Notes: generated by a model not told the origin, from the letters alone. DNA of 63,503 nucleotides, filler included, from Actinomycetota bacterium (GCA_013152275.1; 5 parts of 5 records of this genome joined end to end with filler, not necessarily neighbours in it); one strand, 5' to 3'; numbered from the whole stretch's first letter, positions 50,188 through 60,738 are shown. Translations and numbers: made by a program.

Positions 50188-51399
50188 ATGAAAAAACTGT
50201 ATGCGCTGATCACCGCCGTGGCACTGACGCTCACGGCTTGTGGCGCAGGCGCAACACCCACCACGACCACGACGGAGGGGCCGTCGGTCACGACGACGAC
50301 GGCAGCCCAGGCGGCGCCCGCGGAACCGATCCTCATCGGCTTCGCCGGGGACTTCTCCGACATCTACTCCTTCTACGACACCCCGGTTCGTGAAGGCGCC
50401 GAACTGGCCGTCGCCGAGATCAATGCCGCAGGCGGCGTGCTCGGCCGTCCCCTCGAGTTCGTGGCCCGCGACGGCCGCAACAACCAGGACGAGACGATGC
50501 GCGCGACGCAGGAGTTGATCGACCAGGGTGCCGCCTATCTGGTTGGGTCAACCGGGGATCCGTATCTCGCCCAGGCCAGCCTTGCGTGCGAGGCCGGGAT
50601 TCCGATCTCGACCGGTGACGGCACCGCTCCCACGCTCGTGGGCGACGCCGGGCCCTGTGCCTTCCAGTTGATCATGAGCGACAACCTGCAGGCCGCCGTC
50701 GACGCCGAGTACGCCTGGAGTCAGGGATACAAGACCGCATACCTGCTCCGCTCGACCGAGATCCCGTACACGAATGACTTGCCCACCTACTTCGCTGCGG
50801 CTTTCGAGCATGCCGGTGGCAAGGTCATCGGTGAAGATGTGTATCGGATCGACGCCGGCGACTACAACGTGCAGGTGACGGCGATCGCCGCTCTCGACCC
50901 GGCGCCGGACGTGATCTTCACGCCCATGTTCATTCCCGACACGCCCGTGTTCCTGCGTCAGCTCCGTGCGGCAGGCATCGAGATTCCGGTTCTCAGCACA
51001 GACGGCGCCGTCGATGCCAGCATCCTCGAAGCAGGAGATGCCGTCGAAGGGCTCGTGGCGACGACACACGCCTGGCCCGCCGACGACAACTCGATGGCCA
51101 AGTTCGATGCCAAGTACAAGGAGGCGACGGGCGCCGAACCCGAGTCACCGGTGGTCGCCATCGGTTATGACGAGATCTACATCGTCAAGCAGATCATCGA
51201 GGACGCCGGCTCGACCGATCCCGAAGCCATGATCACCGCACTGTTGAATCTCAAGAACTTCCACGGTGTGACCGGCACGCTGAGCATGGATCCAACGACG
51301 AGGCGGGTCGACAAAGAGGTCACGCTCGTCAAGATCTCGGGAGGCGAAATCCGCTTCCTGGACCAGTTCATGCCGACCTTCATCCCGAAAGTGGGCTGA
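50188..51399 (+). CDS. Liv-type ABC substrate-binding lipoprotein
   Basis: Lipobox LTAC, INAAGGVLGR. Confidence 0.92.
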   Translation: MKKLYALITAVALTLTACGAGATPTTTTTEGPSVTTTTAAQAAPAEPILIGFAGDFSDIYSFYDTPVREGAELAVAEINAAGGVLGRPLEFVARDGRNNQDETMRATQELIDQGAAYLVGSTGDPYLAQASLACEAGIPISTGDGTAPTLVGDAGPCAFQLIMSDNLQAAVDAEYAWSQGYKTAYLLRSTEIPYTNDLPTYFAAAFEHAGGKVIGEDVYRIDAGDYNVQVTAIAALDPAPDVIFTPMFIPDTPVFLRQLRAAGIEIPVLSTDGAVDASILEAGDAVEGLVATTHAWPADDNSMAKFDAKYKEATGAEPESPVVAIGYDEIYIVKQIIEDAGSTDPEAMITALLNLKNFHGVTGTLSMDPTTRRVDKEVTLVKISGGEIRFLDQFMPTFIPKVG

Positions 51400-51402
51400 A
51401 CG

Positions 51403-52119
51403 ATGCTGGACGTGCAGGGACTGTCGGCCGGATATGGACCCGTCGAGGTCCTGGCCGACCTGTCCCTGCACGTCGGCGAAGGTGAGGTCGTGGCGGTGCT
51501 CGGTGCCAACGGTGCCGGCAAGTCCACACTCCTGAACTCTCTCGTCGGCATCGTGACGCCCCGATCCGGCTCGATCGTGTTCGACGGGCGCCAGATCGCC
51601 GGTCAAGCCACCGAGGACATCGTGCGGGGCGGCCTCACCCTCGTCCCGGAAGGCCGCAACGTGTTCGCCCGGCTGACCGTCGCCGAAAACCTGCTCGTGG
51701 GGGCCTACAGTCAAAGGGGGAGGAACGTCAAGGCCGACCTCGACCGGCTCCTGGAACGGTTCCCGATCCTGGCGACACGCCGGCATCAGACGGCCGGCAC
51801 TCTCTCGGGCGGAGAGCAGCAGCAGCTCGTCATCGCCCGGACCCTGATGTCGCGACCCAAAATGATCCTGTTGGATGAACCGTCGCTCGGTCTCGCTCCG
51901 GTGATCGTCGACGTCGTCTTCGACCTGATCCGCGAACTCAGGGACACGGACGGGCTGACGATGGTGCTCGTCGAACAGAGCATCTCCCACGCCCTCGACG
52001 TGTCGTCGCGAGTCTATGTGATGTCGACAGGCAAGATCGTGCGTGAGGGGACGGCCACCGAGATGGCCGCGGCGGCACACGAGCTCGAAGCCTCCTATCT
52101 CGGTGGTGATTCCCGGTGA
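51403..52119 (+). CDS. Liv-type ABC ATPase (LivF-like)
   Basis: GANGAGKST, VPEGR, LSGGEQ, DEPSLGLAP. Confidence 0.93.
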   Translation: MLDVQGLSAGYGPVEVLADLSLHVGEGEVVAVLGANGAGKSTLLNSLVGIVTPRSGSIVFDGRQIAGQATEDIVRGGLTLVPEGRNVFARLTVAENLLVGAYSQRGRNVKADLDRLLERFPILATRRHQTAGTLSGGEQQQLVIARTLMSRPKMILLDEPSLGLAPVIVDVVFDLIRELRDTDGLTMVLVEQSISHALDVSSRVYVMSTGKIVREGTATEMAAAAHELEASYLGGDSR

Positions 52120-53003
52120 GCCTCGAAGTTCTCGTCCAGCAGCTCTTGAACGCCCTCAGCCTCGGGAGCATCTATGCGCTCCTCGCCCTGGGCCTGGCGG
52201 TCGTATACAGCGTGCTCGGGCTGCTCAACTTTGCCTACGGTGAGCTCATCACCATCAACGGCTACATCATGTTCGTGCTGATCGGTGCGGGCGTCGGATT
52301 CTGGGTGGCGGCACTCGTGGGCATCGTCGCCGCCGTGGCCGCCTCGCTGCTCATCGAAAGGACCGCCTTCCGGCCGCTGCGCGGCGCGTCCGCCACGACC
52401 GTGATCTTCTCGTCGTTCGCCGTGTCGGTGATCATCCAGAACCTGATCCGCAACCTGGTCTCGCCCCGACCCAAAGGGATCGCCATACCCTCCTGGATGG
52501 ACGGGGTCGTTGCAGTGGGCCCGTTCCGGCTGCCGGTGCTGTCGCTCATCACGGTGGCGGTGGCCCTCGTAGGGGGAGTGATTCTCACGACCCTGCTCAC
52601 ACGCTCCCGTCACGGACTCGCCATGCGTGCCGCCGCCGAGGACTTCACGACGGCACGACTCATGGGCGTCCGGGCGGGCCGGATGATCATCTTCGCCTTC
52701 GGCGTCTCAGGGCTGCTGGCCGGCATAGCCGGGTTCCTGTGGGTGGCGCGCCGGGGTGCCGTCACACCGACCATGGGATTCACACCGCTGCTCGAAGCGT
52801 TCATCGCCGTGGTTCTGGGAGGGTTCGGCAAGCTCTCGGGCGCCGTCTACGGCGGGTTCCTGCTGGCCTTCATCGAGGTCGCCCTGCACCTGCCGGCGCC
52901 GCTGCGCCCGTTCACGAGCGCCCTGACCCTGGTGGTCGTCGTCGTGATCCTCTTCGTCAGACCGCAGGGCCTGGCGAAGGCGGTGGAAGGACGGGTGGCG
53001 TGA
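52116..53003 (+). CDS. Liv-type ABC permease (LivH-like)
   Basis: GSIYALLALGL, NFAYGE. Confidence 0.92.
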   Translation: MSLEVLVQQLLNALSLGSIYALLALGLAVVYSVLGLLNFAYGELITINGYIMFVLIGAGVGFWVAALVGIVAAVAASLLIERTAFRPLRGASATTVIFSSFAVSVIIQNLIRNLVSPRPKGIAIPSWMDGVVAVGPFRLPVLSLITVAVALVGGVILTTLLTRSRHGLAMRAAAEDFTTARLMGVRAGRMIIFAFGVSGLLAGIAGFLWVARRGAVTPTMGFTPLLEAFIAVVLGGFGKLSGAVYGGFLLAFIEVALHLPAPLRPFTSALTLVVVVVILFVRPQGLAKAVEGRVA

Positions 53004-54028
53004 ACACCTTCTCGCGCCGCCGCATGGTCGAAGCGGTTCGGACGTGGCTGTTGCTCTCCGCTCTGCTGGCGGTCGTGGCCCTCATCGGTTCCGTCTTCCT
53101 CGACACCACCTCCCAACGCGTGCTGACGAACTTCCTGACGATCGTCGGCCTGGTCGTCGCCTACCAGAGCTTCGTGGGCCCGTCCGGTCTTCTCTCGTTC
53201 GGCCACGTCGCCTTCTTCGGCGCCGGTGCCTACGCCGCGGCGCTGGTCACGATCCCGGTCGATCAGAAGGTGCGTCTCCTTCAAGGGCTGCCCGCCTGGC
53301 TGGGAGGCATGGAGACGGGGCTGTGGGGGGCGATCCTCGCCGCGGTGCTCGTCGCAGCGCTCATCGCGGCGTTCACGGGGGCGACCATCTCCAAGATGGA
53401 GGACATGGGGCTGGTCATGGCCACCCTCGCGCTGCTGGTCATGATGTACACCGTCTTCTCCAACTGGGACACCGTCACTCGGGGCACGATCGGGATTCTG
53501 CGGATCCCGGACCTGGTGAACACACCGATCGCCCTCGTTGCCGCCGTCGTCATCACAGGGGTGGCCCTGCTCTTCTCCGCCTCTCCGATCGGCCTGCGCC
53601 TCCAGGCCGTCAGGGAGGACAAGGCCGCGGCCGCCGCCCTGGGGATCTCGGTGGCGCGCAGCCGCTTTTTCGGCTGGATGACGAGTGCCGTCCTCATGGG
53701 GGCAGGGGCGGCCGTGTGGGCGCTGAACAACCTGGCGTTCGGACCCCACCAGTTCTTCTTCGCCCAGACATTCACCTTGTTGTCGATGCTGGTGATCGGT
53801 GGGATGTCATCGGTGTCGGGGGCCGTGATCGGCACGGCAGTGGTTACGGTGCTGGCCGAGATGCTTCGGCCGCTGGAGCGGGGACTGTCCCTGGGCCCCG
53901 TTCACCTGAGCGAATTGCCGGGTGTGATCCAGCTGGCTCTCGCCGCCCTGATCATGCTCGTGCTGATCGTGGCCCCCCAAGGCATCACCGGAGGTCGGGA
54001 ACTCGGATCGTGGAGGAGGCGCAAGTGA
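53000..54028 (+). CDS. Liv-type ABC permease (LivM-like)
   Basis: SFGHVAFFGAGAY, AVRED.AAA.ALGI. Confidence 0.9.
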   Translation: MNTFSRRRMVEAVRTWLLLSALLAVVALIGSVFLDTTSQRVLTNFLTIVGLVVAYQSFVGPSGLLSFGHVAFFGAGAYAAALVTIPVDQKVRLLQGLPAWLGGMETGLWGAILAAVLVAALIAAFTGATISKMEDMGLVMATLALLVMMYTVFSNWDTVTRGTIGILRIPDLVNTPIALVAAVVITGVALLFSASPIGLRLQAVREDKAAAAALGISVARSRFFGWMTSAVLMGAGAAVWALNNLAFGPHQFFFAQTFTLLSMLVIGGMSSVSGAVIGTAVVTVLAEMLRPLERGLSLGPVHLSELPGVIQLALAALIMLVLIVAPQGITGGRELGSWRRRK

Positions 54029-54750
54029 GCCTCGTCGTCGACTCGGTCACCAAGCACTTTGCGGGCCTCACGGCGCTCAAGGACGTGTCGTTCACGCTGG
54101 ACCAGGAGGAGATCCTGGGTGTGATCGGACCCAACGGCTCGGGGAAGACGACCCTCGTCAACGTGACGACCGGGATCCTCGATCCGGACGGGGGAACCGT
54201 GCAGGTCGACGGTCGCGACATGACCGGGGCCGCCCCCGACGTCATCGCCAGGGCGGGTGTCGTGCGCACGTTCCAGACGGTCCGTCTGTTCGGCGGGCTC
54301 AGCGTGTGGGACAACGTGGCCGCGGTCATTCGTGATCCGGACCGTCCCATCGACGAGGTGGTGGAGGAGCATCTCGAACGGTTGGGTCTCGGTCATCTGG
54401 GGTCGACTCCGTCGAGTCACCTCGCCTACGGCCTCCAGCGGCGTCTCGAGATCGCCCGTGCCCTGGCCACCCACCCCAGGTATCTGCTGTTGGACGAGCC
54501 GGCCGCCGGTCTCAACGACGTCGAGTCGGCCGACCTGGAAGAGACCATCAGGGCCATACCGCGTGATCCCCGATGGGGATGCGGGGTCCTGATCATCGAC
54601 CACGATCTTCGGCTGATCACCTCCCTGTGCGACCGGCTGTTGGTCATGGCCAGCGGGGAGGTGATCGCCGAAGGTCCTCCCGAGGAAGTGAGACGTCAAC
54701 CGCAGGTCGTGGAGGCGTACATCGGGAGAAGGAAGGACGAACCAAGATGA
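54025..54750 (+). CDS. Liv-type ABC ATPase (LivG-like)
   Basis: GPNGSGKTT, RTFQ, DEPAAGL, EAYIG. Confidence 0.92.
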   Translation: MSLVVDSVTKHFAGLTALKDVSFTLDQEEILGVIGPNGSGKTTLVNVTTGILDPDGGTVQVDGRDMTGAAPDVIARAGVVRTFQTVRLFGGLSVWDNVAAVIRDPDRPIDEVVEEHLERLGLGHLGSTPSSHLAYGLQRRLEIARALATHPRYLLLDEPAAGLNDVESADLEETIRAIPRDPRWGCGVLIIDHDLRLITSLCDRLLVMASGEVIAEGPPEEVRRQPQVVEAYIGRRKDEPR

Positions 54751-55940
54751 GACATCGCTATGGGATCATCGGCGCGGGCCGTCAAGGTGTCGCCGCCGCC
54801 TACGACCTGTGTGTGAGAGGAGAGGCCGAGACGGTCGTCTTCGCCGACCGAGTCCCGGAGACGGGGATGCGAGCGGCGGAGATCGTCGCCGGTCTCGTCT
54901 CCGACGTCTCCGACGTTGATGTCTCGCACGAGATACTCGACGCCACGGACCGGGGAGCGGTGGAAGAGTTCATGGCTCGCTTCGACGTCGTCCTCGGGTC
55001 GGCAAGTTGGCGTCTCAACGTGGGACTGACCGAGGCCGCCATCGCCGCCGGCACCCACTTCGCGGACCTGGGCGGCAACGCAGAGGTCGTGTGGGCCCAG
55101 TTCGAGGCCGACGAGGCGGCCCGAGCGGCCGGCGTGGGGATCGTCCCCGACTGCGGGCAGGTCCCGGGCACCGGAGCCAACCTCATGGCCTATGTGGCCC
55201 GCAGCTTCGACGAGGCCGACACGGTCGTCCTCTACGACGGGGGGATTCCCGCCTCCCCGGAGCCGCCCTGGAACTACCGGCTGACCTTCAACATGGATGG
55301 TCTCACGAACGAGTACTGGGGTCACGCCCTCTACATCATCGACGGCGAGCAGCGCCCGGTCGAAGTCTTCGATCCGGATGAGTACGAGACCCTCGAATTC
55401 GACCAGTTCGGCACACTGGAGGCCTTTGTCACCGCAGGTGGGCTGACGACCCTCTCGCGTACCCTGGAGGGCCAGATCAAGACGCTGAAGAACAAGACGC
55501 TGCGCTACCCGGGCCACGTCGCCCAGTTCAAGGCCTTCCGCGATGCGGGCCTCTTCGATGAGGAGCCGATCATGGTCGGGGACGTCAAGGTCGTCCCTCG
55601 CGATGTCTTCCACGCGCTCATCGAGCCGAAGATCCGTGCCCCCGAAGACTTCAGGGATGTCATCGTCAACCGGGTCGTCGGTCGTGGCGTCATCGACGGG
55701 AACGACCACGAGATCATTCTCGATGTGATCAGCTACCCGCCCGAAGATCTTCCTTTCACCGCCATGCAGGCGGCCACCGGCTGGCACGCCGCGATCATCA
55801 TGCACAGGCTGGCCACCGGCCTTTGCGGCCCGGGGGTCGTCGAGGTAGAGAACGCCATCGATGGAGGCGATCTCCTGGACGAGTTCAGGCAGCGGGGATT
55901 CCATGTGTCGGAACGGAGACGCCTGCTCGACGAGGAGTGA
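54747..55940 (+). CDS. Saccharopine dehydrogenase / lysine 6-dehydrogenase family oxidoreductase
   Basis: GAGRQG, DLGG, DCGQVPG, GLTNEY, KTLRYPGH. Confidence 0.88.
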   Translation: MRHRYGIIGAGRQGVAAAYDLCVRGEAETVVFADRVPETGMRAAEIVAGLVSDVSDVDVSHEILDATDRGAVEEFMARFDVVLGSASWRLNVGLTEAAIAAGTHFADLGGNAEVVWAQFEADEAARAAGVGIVPDCGQVPGTGANLMAYVARSFDEADTVVLYDGGIPASPEPPWNYRLTFNMDGLTNEYWGHALYIIDGEQRPVEVFDPDEYETLEFDQFGTLEAFVTAGGLTTLSRTLEGQIKTLKNKTLRYPGHVAQFKAFRDAGLFDEEPIMVGDVKVVPRDVFHALIEPKIRAPEDFRDVIVNRVVGRGVIDGNDHEIILDVISYPPEDLPFTAMQAATGWHAAIIMHRLATGLCGPGVVEVENAIDGGDLLDEFRQRGFHVSERRRLLDEE

Positions 55941-56228
55941 TGCCCGAGCCTGCGTCGAGGCCGAGCCTGCGGGAGGGGATTCTCTACCCCATCGACCTCG
56001 GTCAAAGCCCCGAGGCCACTTCCCCTGCTAGGGGAAGGAAGAATGTGGGGAGCCGGTTCAAGCGATCACGTCGCTTCCGACCGGAGCCGACTCGGGCGAT
56101 CACCGTGGCGTCGGCTCGAGTCGTCTTTCCCGGTTGGGTGCGCCGGTGCGACACGCAGCAGTTCCACGATCTCCTGATCGGCATTGCACCTACGGAGGTT
56201 CGAGGGCACCTAAGATGCCCAACGCGCC

Positions 56229-56328
56229 NNNNNNNNNNNNNNNNNNNNNNNNNNNNNNNNNNNNNNNNNNNNTTAATTAATTAANNNNNNNNNNNNNNNN
56301 NNNNNNNNNNNNNNNNNNNNNNNNNNNN
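56229..56328. other. Artificial contig linker
   Basis: N-run with TTAATTAATTAA. Confidence 0.98.
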
Positions 56329-56364
56329 ACCCTGTCCGGTAGTTGTTCCTTCTCCATAACTGAC

Positions 56365-57796
56365 ATGATTACCTCTCAGTCGAGGTGACCGGTCATCAGG
56401 GGGAACCTCAGGGTGGTCCACGATGATGGGAGGGCTCTGATGGCAGGTTACGTGCCGATCGATCTACACCGCCGGCGTTCGGTGGTGATGCACTTGGCCG
56501 AGGACGGCGAGATGTTGGGATGGAGACGGATCGCCAATGATCCTGGGCTTCTTGTGGAGGAGGTGTTGCGCCATGGTGAGGCTCCGCAGGTAGCGATTGA
56601 GGCGACTTACGGCTGGTACTGGACGGTGGACGAGCTGGCGGCTGCTGGCTGTGATGTGCGGCTGGTGAACACGGCGGCGGTGAGGGGCTTGGAGAACCGG
56701 CGGGTCGAGAACGATGTCAAGGACTGTGAGCTGTTGGGGACGTTGATGCGCACGGGGACGCTGCCGGAGGCGTGGATCGCTCCACCGGTGGTGCGCGAGT
56801 GGCGGGAGCTGGTCCGTTACCGGGCCAAGCTGGTCGGTGTCCGCAGCGGTCTGAAAGCGCAGGTGCATTCGGTGCTGGCCAAGCTGGGCATCCAGTGCGG
56901 CTGGTCTGACCTGTTCGGGGTGTCGGGTCGGGAACTGTTGGCGCGTCGCCTTGATGTCGACCCGAGGCTGCATTCGGCGTTTGGGCAGCGGATCGAGTCG
57001 ATCCTCGAACTCATCGATGTGTTGGATGCAGAGGTGGCCGAACTCGACGACTCGCTCGCTCACATTCTGCGTGACGTAAAAGGCTATGACACCATCCAGA
57101 GGATCCCTGGGGTGGGGAAAGTCATCGCCGCGATCTTCTGCGCCGAGATCGGCGACGTCACCCGCTTCTCCTCAGCGTCACGGCTGGTGTCATGGGCAGG
57201 GTTGGCGCCCCGTCATCGAGAGTCCGACACCAAGGTCCGGCGGGGTCGAATCACCAAACAGGGATCGACCCTGGTCCGGTGGGCGGCGATCGAGGCCGCT
57301 CAACGCATCGGCCGCCACCATTGGCTTGCCGCATGGAAACAACAGGTCGCTGACCGTCGAGGCTCAACCCAGGTGGCCCGTGTCGCCTGCGCTCGACGGA
57401 TCATCGAGCTCACCTTCTACGGCCTCAGGGACGGACACATCCGTGCCCTGGCCGGCGCCAGGTGAGCAGCGCTGACGGGAAGTGGACGAGAGCGAACCCG
57501 GACTGGTTGATGACCCCCACCCCGGTGGCGAGGTCGGTTGGTTGATTGGGTCCTTTCGGCCACATGCCGAATCACTCCATGCCACCGAGCCCCAAGGCTC
57601 GGACCCGGCGAATAGATGAACGACACCCGCAGCAAGCGGCGATGCCGACACCAACCCACACCTGGAGCGGCGCCCACAACCCATTCCCCGATCCTCCCCA
57701 CGTCGTGAGGGCAGACCATCGCGTTCACAACGACACAGACCACGCCGTCTCACCTTCGAAGAAGCTCCTTGACAAGCCCCGCTCCTTCATAGATGA
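56365..57796 (+). mobile_element. IS110 family element (ends inferred)
   Basis: ATGA at both ends (56365, 57793); TTGACA at 57769; ~330-bp downstream non-coding region. Confidence 0.7.
56440..57465 (+). CDS. IS110 family transposase/recombinase
   Basis: IDLH, EATYG, NDVKD (DEDD), IPGVG, AGLAP...ES. Confidence 0.93.
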   Translation: MAGYVPIDLHRRRSVVMHLAEDGEMLGWRRIANDPGLLVEEVLRHGEAPQVAIEATYGWYWTVDELAAAGCDVRLVNTAAVRGLENRRVENDVKDCELLGTLMRTGTLPEAWIAPPVVREWRELVRYRAKLVGVRSGLKAQVHSVLAKLGIQCGWSDLFGVSGRELLARRLDVDPRLHSAFGQRIESILELIDVLDAEVAELDDSLAHILRDVKGYDTIQRIPGVGKVIAAIFCAEIGDVTRFSSASRLVSWAGLAPRHRESDTKVRRGRITKQGSTLVRWAAIEAAQRIGRHHWLAAWKQQVADRRGSTQVARVACARRIIELTFYGLRDGHIRALAGAR

Positions 57797-58707
57797 ACCA
57801 GTCGACCCATTCGAGGGTGGCGTATTCGACGTCGTCGAAACCCCTCCATGGTCCTCGCCGGTGGAAGACTTCGGTCTTGTAGAGGCCGATGATCGTCTCG
57901 GCCATCGCGCTGTCATAGGAATCGCCGACCGAACCGACTGACGTTCGATGACGGCATCGGCGAGCCGTTCTGTGTAGCGGATCGACAGATACTGCCTCGG
58001 TCCGAGTGATGAATCAGACCGTCAGGGTTGCCGTCGAGCCGATCCCAGATCGCCTGTTCCAACGCGTCCAACTCGAGACCGGTCTCCAGCGACCTCGAGG
58101 GCCACCACCCGACGATACGGCGGGAGAACACGTCAGTGACGAACACGACATACACGAACCCGGCCCGGGTCGGAACACATGTGATATCCGCAAGCCACAG
58201 CTTGTTCGGGCCTGTGGCGGTGAAGTCCCCGCCGACCAGATCCGCAGGGCGGGCCAACAGATCGTCGGAGATCGTCGTGACTGTGAACGCCTTGCCTCTG
58301 GTCGCGCCCTGGAGTCCCATCTGGCGCATCAACCTTCGCACGGTGCACTTCGCCACCACGAAACCTTCATGAAGTAGCTGTTTCCAGACCTTGCGGACAC
58401 CGTAGACGCCGTAGTTGTCGTCCAAGACCCAGCTGGATCTCCGGCTCTTCCAGCTGATCGGATGTCACCCCCGGCCGGACACCAGAGTCCCGTTCCGCTC
58501 TCCGCACCCAGTTACGCAGCGTCTCGGTCGAGCACCCGAACTTGGAAGCGATCAACGTGATCGCCGCCCACTCCGAGGCGTACTCGTCACGATGCTCCAA
58601 CACCAGACGAACCGCACGTTTGCGCACCTCCGGCACATACCTGTTTGAACTTGACATGACCCCATCCTCCCAAGGATCAGAGCCTCCAGAAAAGCCGGAC
58701 CGGTTCA
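57797..58707 (-). mobile_element. IS3 family remnant (internal deletion, frameshifts, 3' truncated)
   Basis: TGAACCG left end at 58707; orfA from 58657; orfB YGVRKVW, WLADIT, HHSDRG, LEWVDWF then cut off. Confidence 0.88.
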
Positions 58708-58713
58708 GTCTCC

Positions 58714-59532
58714 TCATGGCGCCGGTGCCGGTGTAATGGGGTTACCGGGTTCCCATGCTCCGTACCCGCCTACCGGGCGAAACGGACACACCTGGTTGAG
58801 TCGCTTGAGGCTTGCGGTATCGAGTGACGCGTAGGCGTTGTCGGGGGGAAGCAGTTCGGCCCCGGCCACATACTCGTCCAGGGTCAACCGCCGTTCCAGA
58901 TCGATCCCTGCCTCCTGTTCGATGCAGTCCTCTACCGCCATCGCATAGTCATACGACTTCTGCCACATGGCCCGAGTCCAGTCCTGCTGACGCAAGCGCG
59001 GCAGATGCAGCCCCGCCTCACAAGCGATGTAGGTCGCCATCCCTGCTTGCGAGAGTTGGCCGGGCAGGTTGCCCCAGTTGAAATCACCCGTGTTGGCAAT
59101 GAACTGCGCGAACCGAGGATCCACATCCGACAGACACTGATACACCAACTCAAGCCTGACTGCCAGGTCCATGTCGAATCGTGCCTGCGCCGCCATCGCG
59201 GAGAAGTCCGCATAGCCTTCGATCGGTTCGAACAACAACGGATCCCCATCCACATCGATCGGCCCGATATAGTTTCCCTCAGGATCGAGCAACCCCCACT
59301 CCTCTTTGAGGTCGTCCAACCCTTCGGTGATGCGCACCACACCCTGCACCCCCGCCAGCGACGGATCCCCCACCACCGTCGGCGTCGTGACCGTCTCGGT
59401 CGTCGTCGTTGACACGGCAGTCGACGTGGCAGCCGTCGTGACAGTCGTCGAGACACCCGCACGATCTTGAGTACTGGTACACCCAGCTACGACCATGGCC
59501 AGAGCCAGCACGAGGACAGCTCGGCTGCTCAT
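58714..59532 (-). CDS. Cys-patterned lipoprotein (paralog of 59529-60299)
   Basis: Lipobox VAGC, Thr linker, DGDPLLFEPIEGY, CP...GG..AW.PG. Confidence 0.82.
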   Translation of the reverse strand: MSSRAVLVLALAMVVAGCTSTQDRAGVSTTVTTAATSTAVSTTTTETVTTPTVVGDPSLAGVQGVVRITEGLDDLKEEWGLLDPEGNYIGPIDVDGDPLLFEPIEGYADFSAMAAQARFDMDLAVRLELVYQCLSDVDPRFAQFIANTGDFNWGNLPGQLSQAGMATYIACEAGLHLPRLRQQDWTRAMWQKSYDYAMAVEDCIEQEAGIDLERRLTLDEYVAGAELLPPDNAYASLDTASLKRLNQVCPFRPVGGYGAWEPGNPITPAPAP

Positions 59533-60299
59533 GGCATCGGCAGGATCGGATCGCCAGGATCCCACGCAGTGAACCCTCCCACCGGGTTCTGGGGGCACGC
59601 CCGATTCAACGGCACCCATACATCGAGACCAACCGACAACCCCGTATACGGATTCCAGGACCCCTGCGAATCGATGTACGCATCCAGAGACGGAGGATCA
59701 GCCACCGAATAGCCCTGCGACTCCAAACACCCCGCCAACGCAACCATGTACGCATACATCTTCTCCAGCTGCGCCATCGTTAACGGTTCCGGCTTGGGGA
59801 CATGCAGCCCCGCCTTGCACGCGTAGTAGGCAGCATCGGCAAGCTGGTTCTGCTCCGACGGCACCGACGCGTACCCGATCCCCCCATCCGGATCAAGCGT
59901 CACCGCAAACCCCTGATCACGAACACACTCAACAATCAGCCCCGTCACCTCATACGTGTCGACATCGAACCGATCCAGCCCAGAGAAATCCCCATACCCG
60001 GTGATCGGTTCAAACAACAACGGGTCCCCATTCGTATCCACCGGACCCACATACTCACCATCAGGCGACACCAGGCTGTACTGTTTCGCGAGCGCCATCG
60101 GATCAGGACCCGGTGTCAACCCCTCCGCTACGCCCGAAGAAGTCGTAGTTGAGGCGACGGCGGTCGTACTCCCAGTAGTCGTGGGCGACACACCGGCCGT
60201 CGTTGTCGGCTGTGACGTACCGGCGGCCGAACACCCGGCCGCCAACACCGCCACAACCACAACCACAACGGTCGCACGAACCGCAGTCTCAGCCCTCAT
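59529..60299 (-). CDS. Cys-patterned lipoprotein
   Basis: Lipobox AAGC, CVRDQGF, CLESQGY...PPS. Confidence 0.82.
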   Translation of the reverse strand: MRAETAVRATVVVVVVAVLAAGCSAAGTSQPTTTAGVSPTTTGSTTAVASTTTSSGVAEGLTPGPDPMALAKQYSLVSPDGEYVGPVDTNGDPLLFEPITGYGDFSGLDRFDVDTYEVTGLIVECVRDQGFAVTLDPDGGIGYASVPSEQNQLADAAYYACKAGLHVPKPEPLTMAQLEKMYAYMVALAGCLESQGYSVADPPSLDAYIDSQGSWNPYTGLSVGLDVWVPLNRACPQNPVGGFTAWDPGDPILPMP

Positions 60300-60310
60300 G
60301 CCCGAGTCAC

Positions 60311-60625
60311 TCACGCACCCCAACAGTACGCGTACGTCTCCGCTGCATAGACCGTCCCCTCAGTGCTCAACACCCTCCACGAGTTCGGGCCGTACACCTG
60401 CGACGCCCAAGTGTGCTCCACCGGGATCGCACCATCGTCCCAACGATGGACCGTCGACCCATTGGGCACCTGAATATGGGCGTCGTAGGTGGTCTTGGAG
60501 TGCACAGCGATCTTGTCCGTGCAGGACACCTTGCCGCTGTCCACGCCGTAGGCCAACGCGGGCACCGCCGTCGCCAGTGTGAGAATGGCGAGAACCGCCA
60601 GAGTGATTGTTACCTTCCTTAGCAT
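60311..60625 (-). CDS. Small secreted protein (104 aa, 2 Cys)
   Basis: GGAAGGAG RBS, signal peptide ending ALA. Confidence 0.8.
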   Translation of the reverse strand: MLRKVTITLAVLAILTLATAVPALAYGVDSGKVSCTDKIAVHSKTTYDAHIQVPNGSTVHRWDDGAIPVEHTWASQVYGPNSWRVLSTEGTVYAAETYAYCWGA

Positions 60626-60710
60626 CTGCTGTCTCCTTCCCTGGTATGACATGTGAAGTTCTATCGTTCCGTCTCCCTTCGTCACTCCTATCCGTGGTCC
60701 GTCACCTATC

Positions 60711-60738
60711 TATTCGCTCAACCCTGCCAAAAGGTTCG
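60711..60738 (-). promoter_or_regulatory. Putative ECF promoter
   Basis: CGAACC-N16-CGAATA, resembles GGAACC-N16-GCAATA of the 53-bp module. Confidence 0.5.
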
